This document shows, one piece after another, positions 1 through 11,695 of a DNA stretch of 64,000 nt; position 1 is the stretch's first letter; each line of letters opens with the position of its first letter. The stretch is taken from assembly GCA_964106645.2 (NCBI GenBank), contig OZ067039.1. One strand, 5' to 3'. The position numbers and the translations under genes were made by a program. The notes below the pieces were generated by a model, which was given only the letters and a program-made list of their open reading frames with translations, ran no database searches and had not been told where the DNA came from. Source of the DNA: Podarcis pityusensis. Lineage: Eukaryota.

Positions 1-814
1 CTTGCTGGTTCATTATGTTTTGTTTCTGAGTGAATAAGATTTGGGTGAGCATGTGACTCTAAATCCTGTTATTTAGTTATAAACCACTGCATCACCAAGC
101 TATATCACAGTGGTTTACAATATAAAAACAAAAAACCAAACAATAAAATTATAAAATGTTAAAAAGAAATTAAGAGCAAAAAGAAATTAAAACTTCCCTG
201 CCTGACCTTTGATGGTGCCCATTTCTTTGCCCTTGCACCTCTTATGGATAGGTATAACCAGGGTACTACAGCATGGTACTATACATGATGTTGGTGTAAT
301 TTTCGGCTGTGCAGGCCCAAGGGAACTTAGTCTGTATCCATTCCTTGTGCTGCCAGCTTGTCATATCTTTCTTTGTGCAGTTTAACCTTGATTTAAACAA
401 ACCTAAAGTTTCAGTACCTTAAGCTGAGACTGTCTCAGGCCAAGTAATTGTGTAAGCAATCTATCTGTTAATACAAAATCAAAGCACTGTATCCAGTGGT
501 CACACAAGTAGATGGCAGCTCACACAACCAATCTTTCTCTTACTTGTTTCACCTTGCAAAACCTCTTTGGAAGGTTGGGAGGGCCTTTGCTAAAGAGTAT
601 GTAAGAGGCTGAAGGGAAGTAATCACCTCAAATCAGGCAGGGAAGCATGGCACAACCCAAAATAAGCATAAATGAGAACCCATATTTGCAGTGGTTGTGT
701 GGGTTGAATTTTAGAACTAAATGTACTTGCTACACATAGTGGATGATGATCGTAGATGCTAATAATGTGCCTCACATGGGTCAAGTAGGCTATTACAATT
801 TTAATTCATTGATT

Positions 815-1005
815 TATTTAAATTAAATACCGCCCTTCATCCAAAGATCACAGGGCAGTTTACAACACACAAAAACAAAATGCAAAACATAACAAAAACA
901 GAAATAAATACACTCCCCCCCCCAACACCATTAAAAGGCCATATATTGTTTTAATACCCAATGGCCTGGTTGAAGAGGAAGGTTTTCCCCTGGTGCCTAA
1001 GGACA
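815..1005 (-). mobile_element. L2-type LINE 3' end fragment
   Basis: tttattaaattaaataccgccc...ccaaagatcacagggcagtttacaa...ggcctggttgaagagg. Similar to the copy at about 10.3 kb. Boundaries approximate. Confidence 0.6.
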
Positions 1006-3829
1006 AGTGAACATTCAAAAGAAGTAATTGTTTTGAAGCTTGGGAATATTGTGTGTTCACTTTTTAGGAATTTGGGTTATTTATACCAAGTACTGTAAAG
1101 TCTGAATAGAGAATAAGCATTGTCTTATATTTTGCTTCATTGATAGAATGCTTCTTTATTTAATTGAGTTACTGAGAGCAGGAATTAGTTCTTAAACATT
1201 TAAATCTCTTAGACGTTTTAATAAAAAACTCATTATCTTATTTCGTTCCCTAATACTGGTTACAAAACGTTTGGTTTTCTAGGCGGCTCTAATTTTAGTT
1301 GTTGTTCTCCTACCAAGAATACAATATAGTACTCCTAGACTTTGCAGTGGTGCACATTCCACCAAAGGTATTCCATAGATTTTACAGATTCTTGATAGGT
1401 ACTATATTGTAGTTTCATAAAGAATTGTTTTTCTTGATGCACAGAGGAAGCAAAATAAAAGAGTTCGCACTTCAGCTTCTCTTCCTCCAAAAGTTCCCTG
1501 ATATAACATAGTATCACAATCTGCTTTATTTTTAGGGCTCCTGCTTAGTTTCTGCAAGAAGTGTTACGAACATTTGTTTCAAATTACTGTTAAATGCAAG
1601 AATGCTTTAAGTACTTAGCCTCTTTTTAATGTTCATGCTGTAACCTCTAATGAAACATATATAACTACTCCAAACAAATCTAGGCTTACTAAGTAAACAA
1701 ATTGGTGAGTCTCCTACCACTAGCGTTACTCTTATATTTAGTGTTTCAGTGAACAAAGTGTGAGAATGTAAGGAGAAAAACATTCATGCCAAGCGCTTTA
1801 GGAGAATGGTAGCTTTCCTTGGGGAAATATTAAAACCTGCAGTAATATGATCAAATTCCTCCCCCACAAATTAAATAAGAAACACACCTTTTTCTCCAGC
1901 TTAGTTTTAGCATAGAAGTTTAGCGTAGGGATTTCATTTTAAAAGCTCAAATGAAAAAGGCTGGGATTAAAATTTAATTTTCTATATTTTCAATGTTCTA
2001 AGAGTTTGGGTTTTTATTTTATTGCCACTATTGGAAAGTCATAAGCAACCTTGAGATGGGCATATATGGATTTTTTTTTTTAGCGTACAGTATATGACAA
2101 ACTAGTGGAATGTGAGTATGTTTGTTTAAAAAAATTTCACGTTTAACTTTAGCTGTCAATGTGCAATCTGCAGACTCTTTTCCTTTAAAGTTTGGAGTCT
2201 ATGGGAAAGGTGTAACCACTTTTACATCTAGATGTAGCTGCTTTTTGCAGGTATTGGCTGTGTGACCAAGTTCCCCAAGCACTCCTGAAGTTGCCACCCA
2301 TTAGCTGATGGGTGGGTGACTTCAGTCCTTCTTGCTGCAGGGATCAGCTTCCTCAAGGGGAACCTGATTGCACAGGCAATCCAGCCATGTCTCTAGCTGC
2401 CCCACCCTATCCTTAGGGTATGGATAGGTACATATGGAAGGATGCATTCCATTAGGTACCGAGTTCCCAAGCTGTTTTAAGATGTCATGGGTCAAAACCA
2501 GGACCTCTACCTGGGATCAGCAAAGAAGCTAATGCACTTAAGGGAGGACTGAGAAAGAATTAAAGAATTCTGAACCAATGATTTTGTTTTGAATGCAATA
2601 ACTGAACTGAGATCACAGTTCTTCATACAAAATTAACTTCTGCCCCAACTCCAATTTTTATTTGAGCAGTAAAATGTAGGGTTTGCTGGGAAGAGTCATT
2701 TTGTTACCATCAAGCAATGTTAGAAGTTTGAAATCTTTGCTGATCTATTTCAAATCACCCAGAGTTTTACCTCCCCACCCACTCTACTTTATAGTAGGCA
2801 GCTCTAAAAGTTAGAAAGGCATAGATGAAGGTCTCTAGGTCTTGCTTTAGCCAAGGCCCTGATGATGCACTTGACAGCATAAACTTTGTTTTATGAGTGT
2901 GGGATACTGGGCAAGCTTACAGAAATATCTATTCCAGTTGGATAAATGAGAATGTAGTGCAGCTGCTTTTAATGAGATCCTGATAAGTCGCAATGAAATG
3001 ACTGCCTGAAATTAATCTGGAGAAATCAATGGAGACTTTAATTAGAACACTGGCTACAGTATGTTAGAACTTCTTTGAGGGTCATTGTAATGATAATGCC
3101 ATACAGACAGCTCCCCCTCCCTCCTTCTATAAATGAACTGGTGTTTTGTTAAAATAAATAGATTTTGAGTATTCGCTCTGATAAATTTAATTAAAACTTC
3201 TTGTCAGAATTTAAAGGAAGGCATTTACCTTTACTAATGGAAACCCAGTGTTTCTGACAAAACTCAAATAGGAAGGCAGCAAAATATGTCGTTTGTGATT
3301 TTTTTCTGGCACCACCATTGACTTACCTCTCCGCCTCCATCTTTCCTTTATTTAATTTCAGCCTTAATTTTTTCATTATGCTGTTTTTTAACTGTCATAA
3401 GGCTAGAAGGGTGGAAGAGAGAGCTGAGTAGTGTGATAGTGGTTGCACATGTGACTTTAGCTTCCTGGTTATGGGAATATGCCTAGTTGCTTGGTGGAAA
3501 TTGATACTCACCCTAGGCAAGTTGCTAAAGGCCACATGCAGAGAGCATACTACTGTGTGCCAGCATGGGAACACACCCTCATATTTTTGAGAGCAGGAGC
3601 AGCTTTTTCTATTTCCCCTGTTTTAATCATGAGGCAAGGGGGAGGACACTGTTTTCATGGCAGTATTATCAAAAAGAGTAAGGATGACTCAGAGCTGGAA
3701 AAACCCAAGTTGTCTGTGATGAAGTTGTCTTTATAATATTGTAATTGATATGCAGTGGTTCCAGCTGCAAAACTGTAAGTGATATATTTTATTAACATGT
3801 TGGTACTAAAGTGTGTGTTTGCATTACAG

Positions 3830-3954
3830 CCCTGGTTGTAAGTACTGCCTCAGCTGGATTTGCAATGGCACCTGTACCGTTTGACCTAACGTGTTTCCTG
3901 CTTGCCTCCCTTGGAACAGGCCTATCGTCCTGTGCTGCTAATTCCATCAACCAG
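3830..3954 (+). CDS. COX10: COX10 internal coding exon (equivalent to human exon 4), protoheme IX farnesyltransferase
   Basis: Acceptor ttgcattacAG|CC and donor CAG|GTtggt. 125 bp. Translates (A)[41 protein letters not shown], which I recognise as the COX10 transmembrane segment ending AANSINQ. Ends in phase 0, compatible with the exon at 52550. Confidence 0.97.
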
Positions 3955-4499
3955 GTTGGTCCTTCATCATTATCTTGTCTTCACAGCTCAGTGCTATGAA
4001 TATACAAAGTTACTCATTTTTGCAATTCCTGTGTGATGATAGATCAAAATATGAACATCAAGCATAACATGTTTATTTGGGAACACGAGTTAAGACAGCA
4101 TTAAAGCCTTGTCAAAGTGGTGCTACTTTTGATGGTATAAAAGCGGCAGTCGGGGTGCAAGCAGTTTTTCTGGCTCCCAAAGACTTCACATATTTCGGCA
4201 GCAGTAGTAAAAATAAACAAAATAGACACAGTGCTGGGTTGGGGGGAACTGAGGAAAATTCAGGTGTACATTCTTGAAACTATGGTTTATTGTTATATGA
4301 ATAAGGTGCTTCTGCCATATAATGGGAGGGAATTTCAAAGGGTAGGTGCTGCCATGCTAAAGGTGCAATTCTGAGATCGTGTGGAATGGACCTTTGGGTA
4401 GGTTTGTATCAGCTGGATGCCCTCATGCAGAATATAGTGGTCAGCTGGGTATGTAGGGGATGAGATTATCTTTTTGGTACCCTGTTCTCATGCTGCATA

Positions 4500-5037
4500 A
4501 GGCTTTTTAGTCCAGTACAGCACCTTGAACCTAGCCTGGTAGCTAATTCGCAGCCAGTGCAATTCTTTCAGCAGTGGTGTAATCTGATTGTGATATTCCA
4601 CCCTACTGAGTGATCAAGCTGCCACCTTTTGCACTAGTTGCAGCTCCAAGGGCAGCCCCACATAAGCACATTGCAGTAATCCCATCTGGAGTTATGAGCG
4701 CATAGCCAACAGTGGTCAGGCTATCCCGATACACAAATGGCTGGAGCTGTCTTACCAACCCAACCTGGTAAAATGCACTCCTAGCCACCAAGGCCTCTAG
4801 TGACAGATATAGATCCAGAAGTGCTCCCAGATTATGAGCCTGCTCTTTCAGTGAGAGCATGACCCCATCCAAAGCAAGGAGTGGACTAATTTTCTGGACT
4901 CGGGAACTACCTACCCACAGCAAGTCCATCTTTAGAGGTTGGTTTATTGGCTGTCATTCAACCACTGAATCCAGGCACTGGTCCAGGGCTTGCATGGCCT
5001 CTCCTGATTCAGATGTTACAGAGAAATAGAACTGGCT
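4500..5037 (-). mobile_element. Degenerate L2 LINE reverse-transcriptase C-terminal fragment
   Basis: Minus-strand peptide NLGALLD..LSLEALVARSAFYQVGLVRQLQPFVYRDSLTTVGYALIT resembles L2 ORF2 (VARSAFYQLRL.RQLRP.L....L.T..HAL.TSRLDYCN). Frameshifted. Confidence 0.8.
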
Positions 5038-5094
5038 TTTAGTAGTAGTAATACTACTAATCATGTGTATAGGGCAGAGTTCACAGAGCCTTTA

Positions 5095-5336
5095 TAGTGG
5101 TACCTCCGATTATGAACTTAATTCGTTCTGGAGGTCTTTTCTTAAGCCGAAACCGTTCATAACCCAAGGCACGCTTTCACTAATGGCTCCTCCCGCAGCT
5201 GTTGCACTGCCAGCATGCAACTTCCGCTCGCATCTCGGGGCAAAGTTCGCAACCAGGAGCATCTGCTTCCAGTTTAGCGTAGCTCATAACCCGAAGCGTT
5301 TGCAAGGAGGACAGTACGTAACACAAGGTTCCACTG
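5095..5336 (-). mobile_element. Tc1/mariner (Tigger/pogo-like) MITE
   Basis: Ends tAGTGGTACCTC...AAGGTTCCACTG, flanked by TA at 5093-5094 and 5337-5338. Strand is given relative to the adjacent copy. Confidence 0.85.
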
Positions 5337-5338
5337 TA

Positions 5339-5580
5339 AAGTGGTACCTCAGGTTACAGACACTTCAGGTTACAGACGCTTCAGGTTACAGACTCCACTA
5401 ACCCAGAAATAGTACCTCGGGTTAAGAACTTTGCTTCAGGGTGAGAACAGAAATCGCGCAGCAGCGGCGCGGCGGCAGCAGGAGGCCCCATTAGCTAAAG
5501 TGGTGCTTCAGGTTAAGAACAGTTTCAGGTTAAGAACAGACCTCCAGAACGAATTAAGTTCTTAACCTGAGGTACCACTG
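5339..5580 (+). mobile_element. Tc1/mariner (Tigger/pogo-like) MITE
   Basis: TIRs aAGTGGTACCTCAGGTTA...TAACCTGAGGTACCACTG, TA on both sides, internal CTTCAGGTTA repeats. Same family as 45653 and 63739. Confidence 0.9.
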
Positions 5581-5585
5581 TATAG

Positions 5586-5784
5586 TTTTTTTAAAAAGCA
5601 TATTTCTTAGTTTACAAAAGCGTATGCAATGTCTCTTTTTTCCAGTTGCGTTTTCTACAGATCAGTTTCATTTGTTGTGAGACATTAGTGTTACATTAGG
5701 AAGGAAAGGGGGAAAGAAGTAGAGGGGGGAATGGTGAGTGGGGTGGGGTTGGGTGGCAATGCTTCTATTCTACTTAGTATATGT
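5586..5784 (-). mobile_element. 5'-truncated non-LTR retrotransposon 3' end (family uncertain, L1/Tx1-like)
   Basis: Starts with a T-run (antisense A-tail) and is bounded by the duplicated target GAGCCTTTATAG(TTTTT). The right copy is at 5785-5801 and the left copy is split by the two MITEs. Confidence 0.6.
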
Positions 5785-6022
5785 GAGCCTTTATAGTTTT
5801 TGTGCTTTCCCTCAAAATATACCTGTGGAGTAGGTTACTGGTTGTTACTGAGGCTGAGTGACAAATTACTTTCGTGTGATGTTGGCATCACAAAAGAGCC
5901 AAACTACACATGACATAATATCGGAATTTGCAACTATGGTGATGCAGTATAGATGCAGTAGGTCCTTTTTGCAACAAGGCAGGTGGAGGCAACATCACTG
6001 AACAAGTGACAAATACAAAGTC

Positions 6023-6172
6023 ATAGAATCGTAGAATTGTAGAGTTGGAAGAGACACTGAGCATCATCTAGTCCAGCCCCCTGCCATGCGGGAATATGCA
6101 GTTGTCCCATACAGGGATCGAACCTGCAACCTTGGCATTATCGGCACCACACTCTAACAAGCTGAGCTCCAC
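6023..6172 (-). mobile_element. tRNA-head SINE with CR1-type tail (Squam2-like)
   Basis: Minus strand reads agctcagcttgttagagtgtggtgccgataatgccaaggttgcaggttcgatccc (A/B boxes) and ends in CR1-like ATTCTATG/ATTCTACG repeats. Possible TSD CAAAGTC at 6016-6022 and 6173-6179. Confidence 0.8.
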
Positions 6173-7100
6173 CAAAGTCTTGAACAAAAGGCTTGTTGAG
6201 CTACAAGATTTGTATATGTGTAATATAATGCACCACCCTCAAGTCCGGGGGGTGGGGTAGAATAGGAAAGAAATCCCAATGATTAATTGCCCATTTCTGT
6301 TTTATTAAACAAGTAGGGGGGGGGGATGGAAATCCCACCTGTGATGTGATCCTGGAGGCAAATTATGTTTTCCTCAGTCTCAGTCGCTTTACCTAACCTG
6401 CTTTTACTTTAGTTCAATACCCATTTTAGGGTTGTAAACCTGTTTTCTGATCTCCTTATGAAAACTGAAAATCAAGCTTTTGTAGTGTCAGATCTTTATG
6501 TAGAAAGAATATCTTTTTTTGGAGTTCAGAGATTGATTTATGGCACTGCCATGCAGATAAAACGTGTAGTGTTGTTTACAACAAAACGTACAACATTGAA
6601 ATATTGAAAGATTGCATGTTCCTCTTAGAAGTCAAGTGCATTCTTCTGAGACTGTGGAATGGTTCAAAGTGGAAGAAGATTGTAAAGATGAAAGCAGGAT
6701 GTTTAAAATGGTTTGAATTTAGTAGTTGAAAGATAAACTGCTATGGTTAGGTTTGAGTGATAGTACCTTGAGAAAGAAGCAGATGGAATTGCATATCTTG
6801 TATAGAACTTCTAAAACTTACAGTGGAAATTAAAGAAAACAATGCACAGGGAAAGAGAACAAATCAAAAGTGATGATATACTAACCCCTTCTGATTTGTG
6901 GGGGGCAGGAAGGGGAATGTTTGCCTCAGATAATTGTATTGCACATCTGCAATAGCTGTACTTCTGGCATTTGATGTAAAATGCTTGCTAATTTTTGTTC
7001 TTATAAACATTTCTTAAAATTAATAAAGAAAAGCCAGAAGATGGCTCTCTATGCACTGGCAGCACTAAAATGCATTGTACCTGGGCTTCCCTTTGAGGAC

Positions 7101-7412
7101 CAGTGGGTTTTCAGCTGGAACCCACTGGAACTGAGTTCTAGCACCTCTTAGTTGTGTTCCGGCAGCTCTGTAGTGTGGTGGTCTCACTCCCCTGCACAGC
7201 GCTCAGGGCTGCGCAACAGGGGTGGTGAGTGGCAGGGCGATTTTAGTGATGTGATGGCGGTGTAGGTTGGTGGCAAAAGTTTGAAAATTTTCCCTGCGGC
7301 TTTGGGTCAAGCAGGTGCTTCCCCTAAAGAAAGCTCAACTACTTTGGGTGGGTGCTCCCCCTAAAAAAAAGGAGAGCTCTGGAACCTCATTTTCTATTAA
7401 AAAAAAGCCCTG
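7101..7412. mobile_element. hAT-type non-autonomous DNA transposon
   Basis: Ends CAGTGGGTTTTT...AAAAAAAGCCCTG. Degenerate 8-bp TSD ttgaggac/ttgcagac. Internal GAGTTC...GCACCTCT motif shared with 29476. Confidence 0.7.
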
Positions 7413-8651
7413 TTGCAGACCATTTGGAAACTACAATTAGTGCAAAACACAGAAAAATATTTATTAGGCAGAAATGGATATTTTCCAATTTTGAAACAAT
7501 ACCTCAGATTCCATTTCATTTATCACAGAGTGTTGGTTTTGATCTAGATGTAACCCTAGATGTAGGCTTCCACATTTTGATCACTATGACAACTGTGCCA
7601 TTTCCCTCTAGTGAGCATGATGAGCCCCAGTTATACTCTAATCGTGATGCTGCAGAGGTGTGCAGGGTTCATCCTGGAGGTTGTGCAGCCATCTTAGTTC
7701 CAACTTTGGCAGGACAGCTGGAGATGGTTTGCTGAGGCACCATACAGGGCCAAAGTGGCGCTCGTTCCAATTCCCTGCTCTGGAGCACTTCCTTAGCCAA
7801 ACTGGTAAGCTCCATGCATCTCTTTCCTACAGGAAAGTGTGGTGGTGGTGTTCTTGGCTACTGTGGTGTTGAGCTCTTGACATTTGTTTCATTCTATAGT
7901 TTAATTTTGTTTTTTGCCGTCTGTTAGGTTAGCTTCAGTTGAAGGACAGTGATTCTTATGCCTGGATACATGTGAAAATGCTATGTAAGATTTTTCCTAT
8001 GTTTACACTGGGCAAAATAAAAATGCAGACTTGGAGCAGGCCCATTGAAGTCATTGGACTGGAGTCCATTAATCGTGAAATGGATCTGTTCTGTTTATCT
8101 GTTCAGTTTATTCTCAACTGCAGATGACCAGGTTAGGAATGAATACCAGGATTTTAATATTTTGACATGTTGAGTCTTCCTGAACTTCACCTAGTTGAAG
8201 CTTAGAAAGACAAAGGGAGGCTATTCAGTTAGTGGTGCTTGTTCTTGGTTTTGCCTCTGGCCACCTGCCAGACCAGAGAGAAAGAGATCTGAGTTATGTG
8301 GGCGCATGGTGTGGTTTTGGTTTCCTGCGGGAGGGGTGCCAGCAAAGCAAGAAACCAGTGAAAACTGATGGGGCTTCCTGTTGGACACAAGCCTTATCAG
8401 TCCATACCGGCTGGAGTGTTGGAATGCACAATCCACACAGCTAACCACATTGTATTAATTAGGAGGGAGCAGGTCAGCTCACTGCCTTCTGTCTTCAACA
8501 GAACGTGGAAGGAGCATGTTCTTCACTGCCTTTGCTTCCTTTGGAAGGAGGGGGGAAAGCTTTAAGACAAGGTTTGAACAACCACAAACATCTGAATACT
8601 GGATTCATTTAGTTTAGAGAAACTCTTCTGTGAGATTCTGAGCAATGTGCT

Positions 8652-8652
<1 letters not shown>

Positions 8653-8691
<39 letters not shown>
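8653..8691. repeat. (AC)n microsatellite
   Basis: Perfect dinucleotide run. Confidence 0.98.
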
Positions 8692-8695
<4 letters not shown>

Positions 8696-10284
8696 ACACA
8701 CACGGAGGAAGTCCTTTTTCTTCTGTGTATGGCATGGTGAGACAACTTGTAGCTGCCTGGAATTTTTTGAAATTAATAGAGAATGGAGAGCCAATGCGCT
8801 TGACTTCTGTATAGTTCACTTGAGATTAACACCTGATGCATCTCTGTCTGTCTTTCTCTGAAGTTTCCTTTTGTTTTGACTGAGCAGACGGCCTGCAGCA
8901 GGCAGCGCTTCCTTTCATCTTCCTCTGATGATCAAAAGATTGCCAAGTGGTGGATATTAAAACCTGGTGTTTAAGCTCTGGAGTGCAAGGCTGTCAGTGT
9001 AGGAGGCAGCCAATGATGTAATTTACAGTATATAATAAATATAGGAGAAGTGCAACACTGGAAGTCTATCTCTGTGCTCAAAAATGTTCTGATATATGCT
9101 GCTTTGATATTTTAACTGCTTGGCAACCTTCATTAGTGGTTACTGTGAGGATCATAAGTTATGGCTAGTCCGATGATTCATAATTGTAACTCCGCTAAAT
9201 CGGTGAGCATCAAGAAATCCTCAATACTGAAGACGAATGGTTTGACCAGTGATGGTATTATTTCATGAGCTGCGAAAATGATGAGCACTTAGAGACCCAA
9301 CCTCCACAAGTACAATAAATTTTAAATGCAGAGATCATCTTTCTAAAGCATAAATTATTTGACCTGTGGCTGAAACTTGATAAAGGATCTTGGGAAGAAT
9401 GTTATAAATTAGTGGGTGCCGTTGTTAGGAGAGTGTCTCAGATAATAAGCATAACCAAGGGAGGAGGGAAAGCTTTGCAAGCATTTGTGTTGTGTGCATT
9501 ATATTTTGAATTAAATGTCCTGGCAAGGGTGAAAAAATAGCTGTAGAAACAAACTGGAGAAAGTAACAAGTTATTTTCCTTTTCACAAATTGTTTCATTT
9601 AGTCATGCTTATTTATAAATATGAAGCGTGTCATTGTGGAGTAACATTCATGCTGCTTCTTGGTCCCAAAGATCATATTGTAATCCTGTGAATCCCAAGT
9701 ATACTTTGGAGATCGCATGGCTGCTGAGAGTTTTGAGTGTGTACTGGCAAACATTTCTGGTATGAGTCAGGGTGACCAAAGCCTAACTTACCTACTTCAT
9801 AACAAAGCACTGTATGCAACAGAGGTGTAAAGTGGGACTGCATCATTTTTTTCTGCTATTTATATCCACACTGCTTTTTTAACATTGCTTGATAGTGTCT
9901 ATATGCACAAAAGGAGATGCATTCCTATATAATTTTAAAAAACAGGCTCTGATAACTCACTGTAGAGTCCCTCTTAAAATACTGTAGCTGAGAGCAGCCT
10001 CCTGCATTAGCTTAGAAAGCCCATTGTGCGTGCGCATGTGCGTATACAGGTGATTTTGTGTTCGCATTACAAAACTTCTAACAAAATTTTGGTTTTGTAA
10101 GAAACAATGTAAAGCAAAATTCTCCCCTCATGATAAACATCAATCAGAAGAAGAAGGTCAGAATGTCTGCATTATGCAGCTAATATGGGAACAACTTGCC
10201 CTTTTCTTTTCTACAATAATTAATAGAAGATTCCCCCCCTTTAAATTAAGGATTGTCTGAGACACGTGAAGATGGGACATAACA

Positions 10285-10845
10285 GAAATGTACAAAATAC
10301 ATAATAAAACAAAAACAAACCAATAATCCCCCTTCCACAAGCATATTTTAAAAGCCATGGAATGTTAATCAGCTAAACGGCTGGTTGAAGAGCAATGTTT
10401 TCGCTGGCATCTAAATATATATAATGAAGGCACCAGGCAAGCCTCCCTGGGGAGAGCATTCCATTAACAGGGAGCCACCTTCCAAGATCTCTCATCGAGG
10501 AGGCACACAAAGAAGGGCCTCTGATGATGATCACAGGGTCTGCGTCAGTTCATATGGGGAGAGGGTGTCCTTGAGGTATTGCGGTCCTGAGTCATTTAAA
10601 GCTTTACAGGTCAAAACCAGCACTTTGAATTGGGCCCCGTACTGTCTTCAGAGACAGCCCTACATATAATGCGTTGCATTAATCTAACCTAGATGTTTGC
10701 AGTGCATAGACAACAGAGGCTAGGCTACCCCTGTCCAGATGGGGTACAGAAGGGCCACCAGCAGAAGCTGATGGAAGGCACTCTGCAGCACCGAGGAAAC
10801 CAGAGCCTCAAGTGGCAGCAAAGGATCCAGAAAGAACCCCAAGCT
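10285..10845 (-). mobile_element. L2-type LINE 3' fragment
   Basis: gaaggcaccaggcaagcctccctggggagagcattcc...ggtcaaaaccagcactttgaattgggcc is typical antisense squamate L2 3' sequence. Shares its end with 815-1005. Confidence 0.75.
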
Positions 10846-11394
10846 ACATACACATTCTGGATAATCCCACTCAGCAGTTTCATGTAGATGTTACATGACT
10901 ACATCATTTTTTATTTTGCTAGTAATTGATTTCTGATTTACCTTCTCACCTCCTTCTAATCTGGTGGGAACTCTTTCATTTAATAATACTGCCAGTAGAT
11001 GTTTCATTGGCTGTTTGTTTCTAGAACTTTCACTTTGGATAATGGCTGTCTCATAAATTCATAGTTCCAGACTTGGTTAAAATCTCACACCAACCAGCAT
11101 AGAGTCTGGAGCACATTTTTAATAAGGAGCTGGAGTCCCAATATCAGGCTATGCTTCCTAGCCCTTAGGCCACATTTTGTATGTTATCCTGATTCCTGTA
11201 CCGTTTGTTCAATTAACTTTATTCATGAGGGTCTGGATTCACAAGTACCCAAGATCAATACATAGACAAAACAGTTTTGGTATAATAATTGAAATATGCT
11301 AATTAGACAGCAACAGATTTGATGGTAAACTTTATTCTAAGGTGTTTGAGCAGAGCAGGTTCACATGAGTGAACCTTTTGATTGTACTTTCTAC

Positions 11395-11695
11395 TCACTT
11401 ATACAAGATTGCTTATTTAGCCAGTCTTTCATTCCATAGAGTCCCAGGACAGCATACAAACCCCAACAAAAATCTAACCCACACCACACACAATAACATG
11501 GTGAAAAACCAACAGCATATATATACAGCCATATAGCAGTTCAACAGCAGGCATAAAAATAGAGATCACTAATCTCCACACCCAAATACCTGGTAGGGAA
11601 AGATGCATCTTCAGGTGATGCCAAAAGGTCTTTGGAGAGGAAGACAACGGTATCTCCTTTGGGGGAGAGTTCCACAAATGAGCTGCCACCACAGA
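11395..11695 (-). mobile_element. L2-type LINE 3' fragment
   Basis: Minus-strand peptide VAAHLWNSPPKEIPLSSSPKTFWHHLKMHL resembles the L2 ORF2 terminus (P.LWNSLP.EIR...SL..F...LKTHLF). Confidence 0.7.

Noticed and set aside
3811-3999. 62-aa ORF as a stand-alone small protein
   Set aside because: It is the COX10 exon plus read-through into flanking intron; splice sites delimit 3830-3954.
6100-6172. tRNA genes here and at 32644, 34379 and 43173, and a 5S rRNA gene at 51285
   Set aside because: All are SINE heads fused to LINE-derived tails; none is a complete, well-paired gene.
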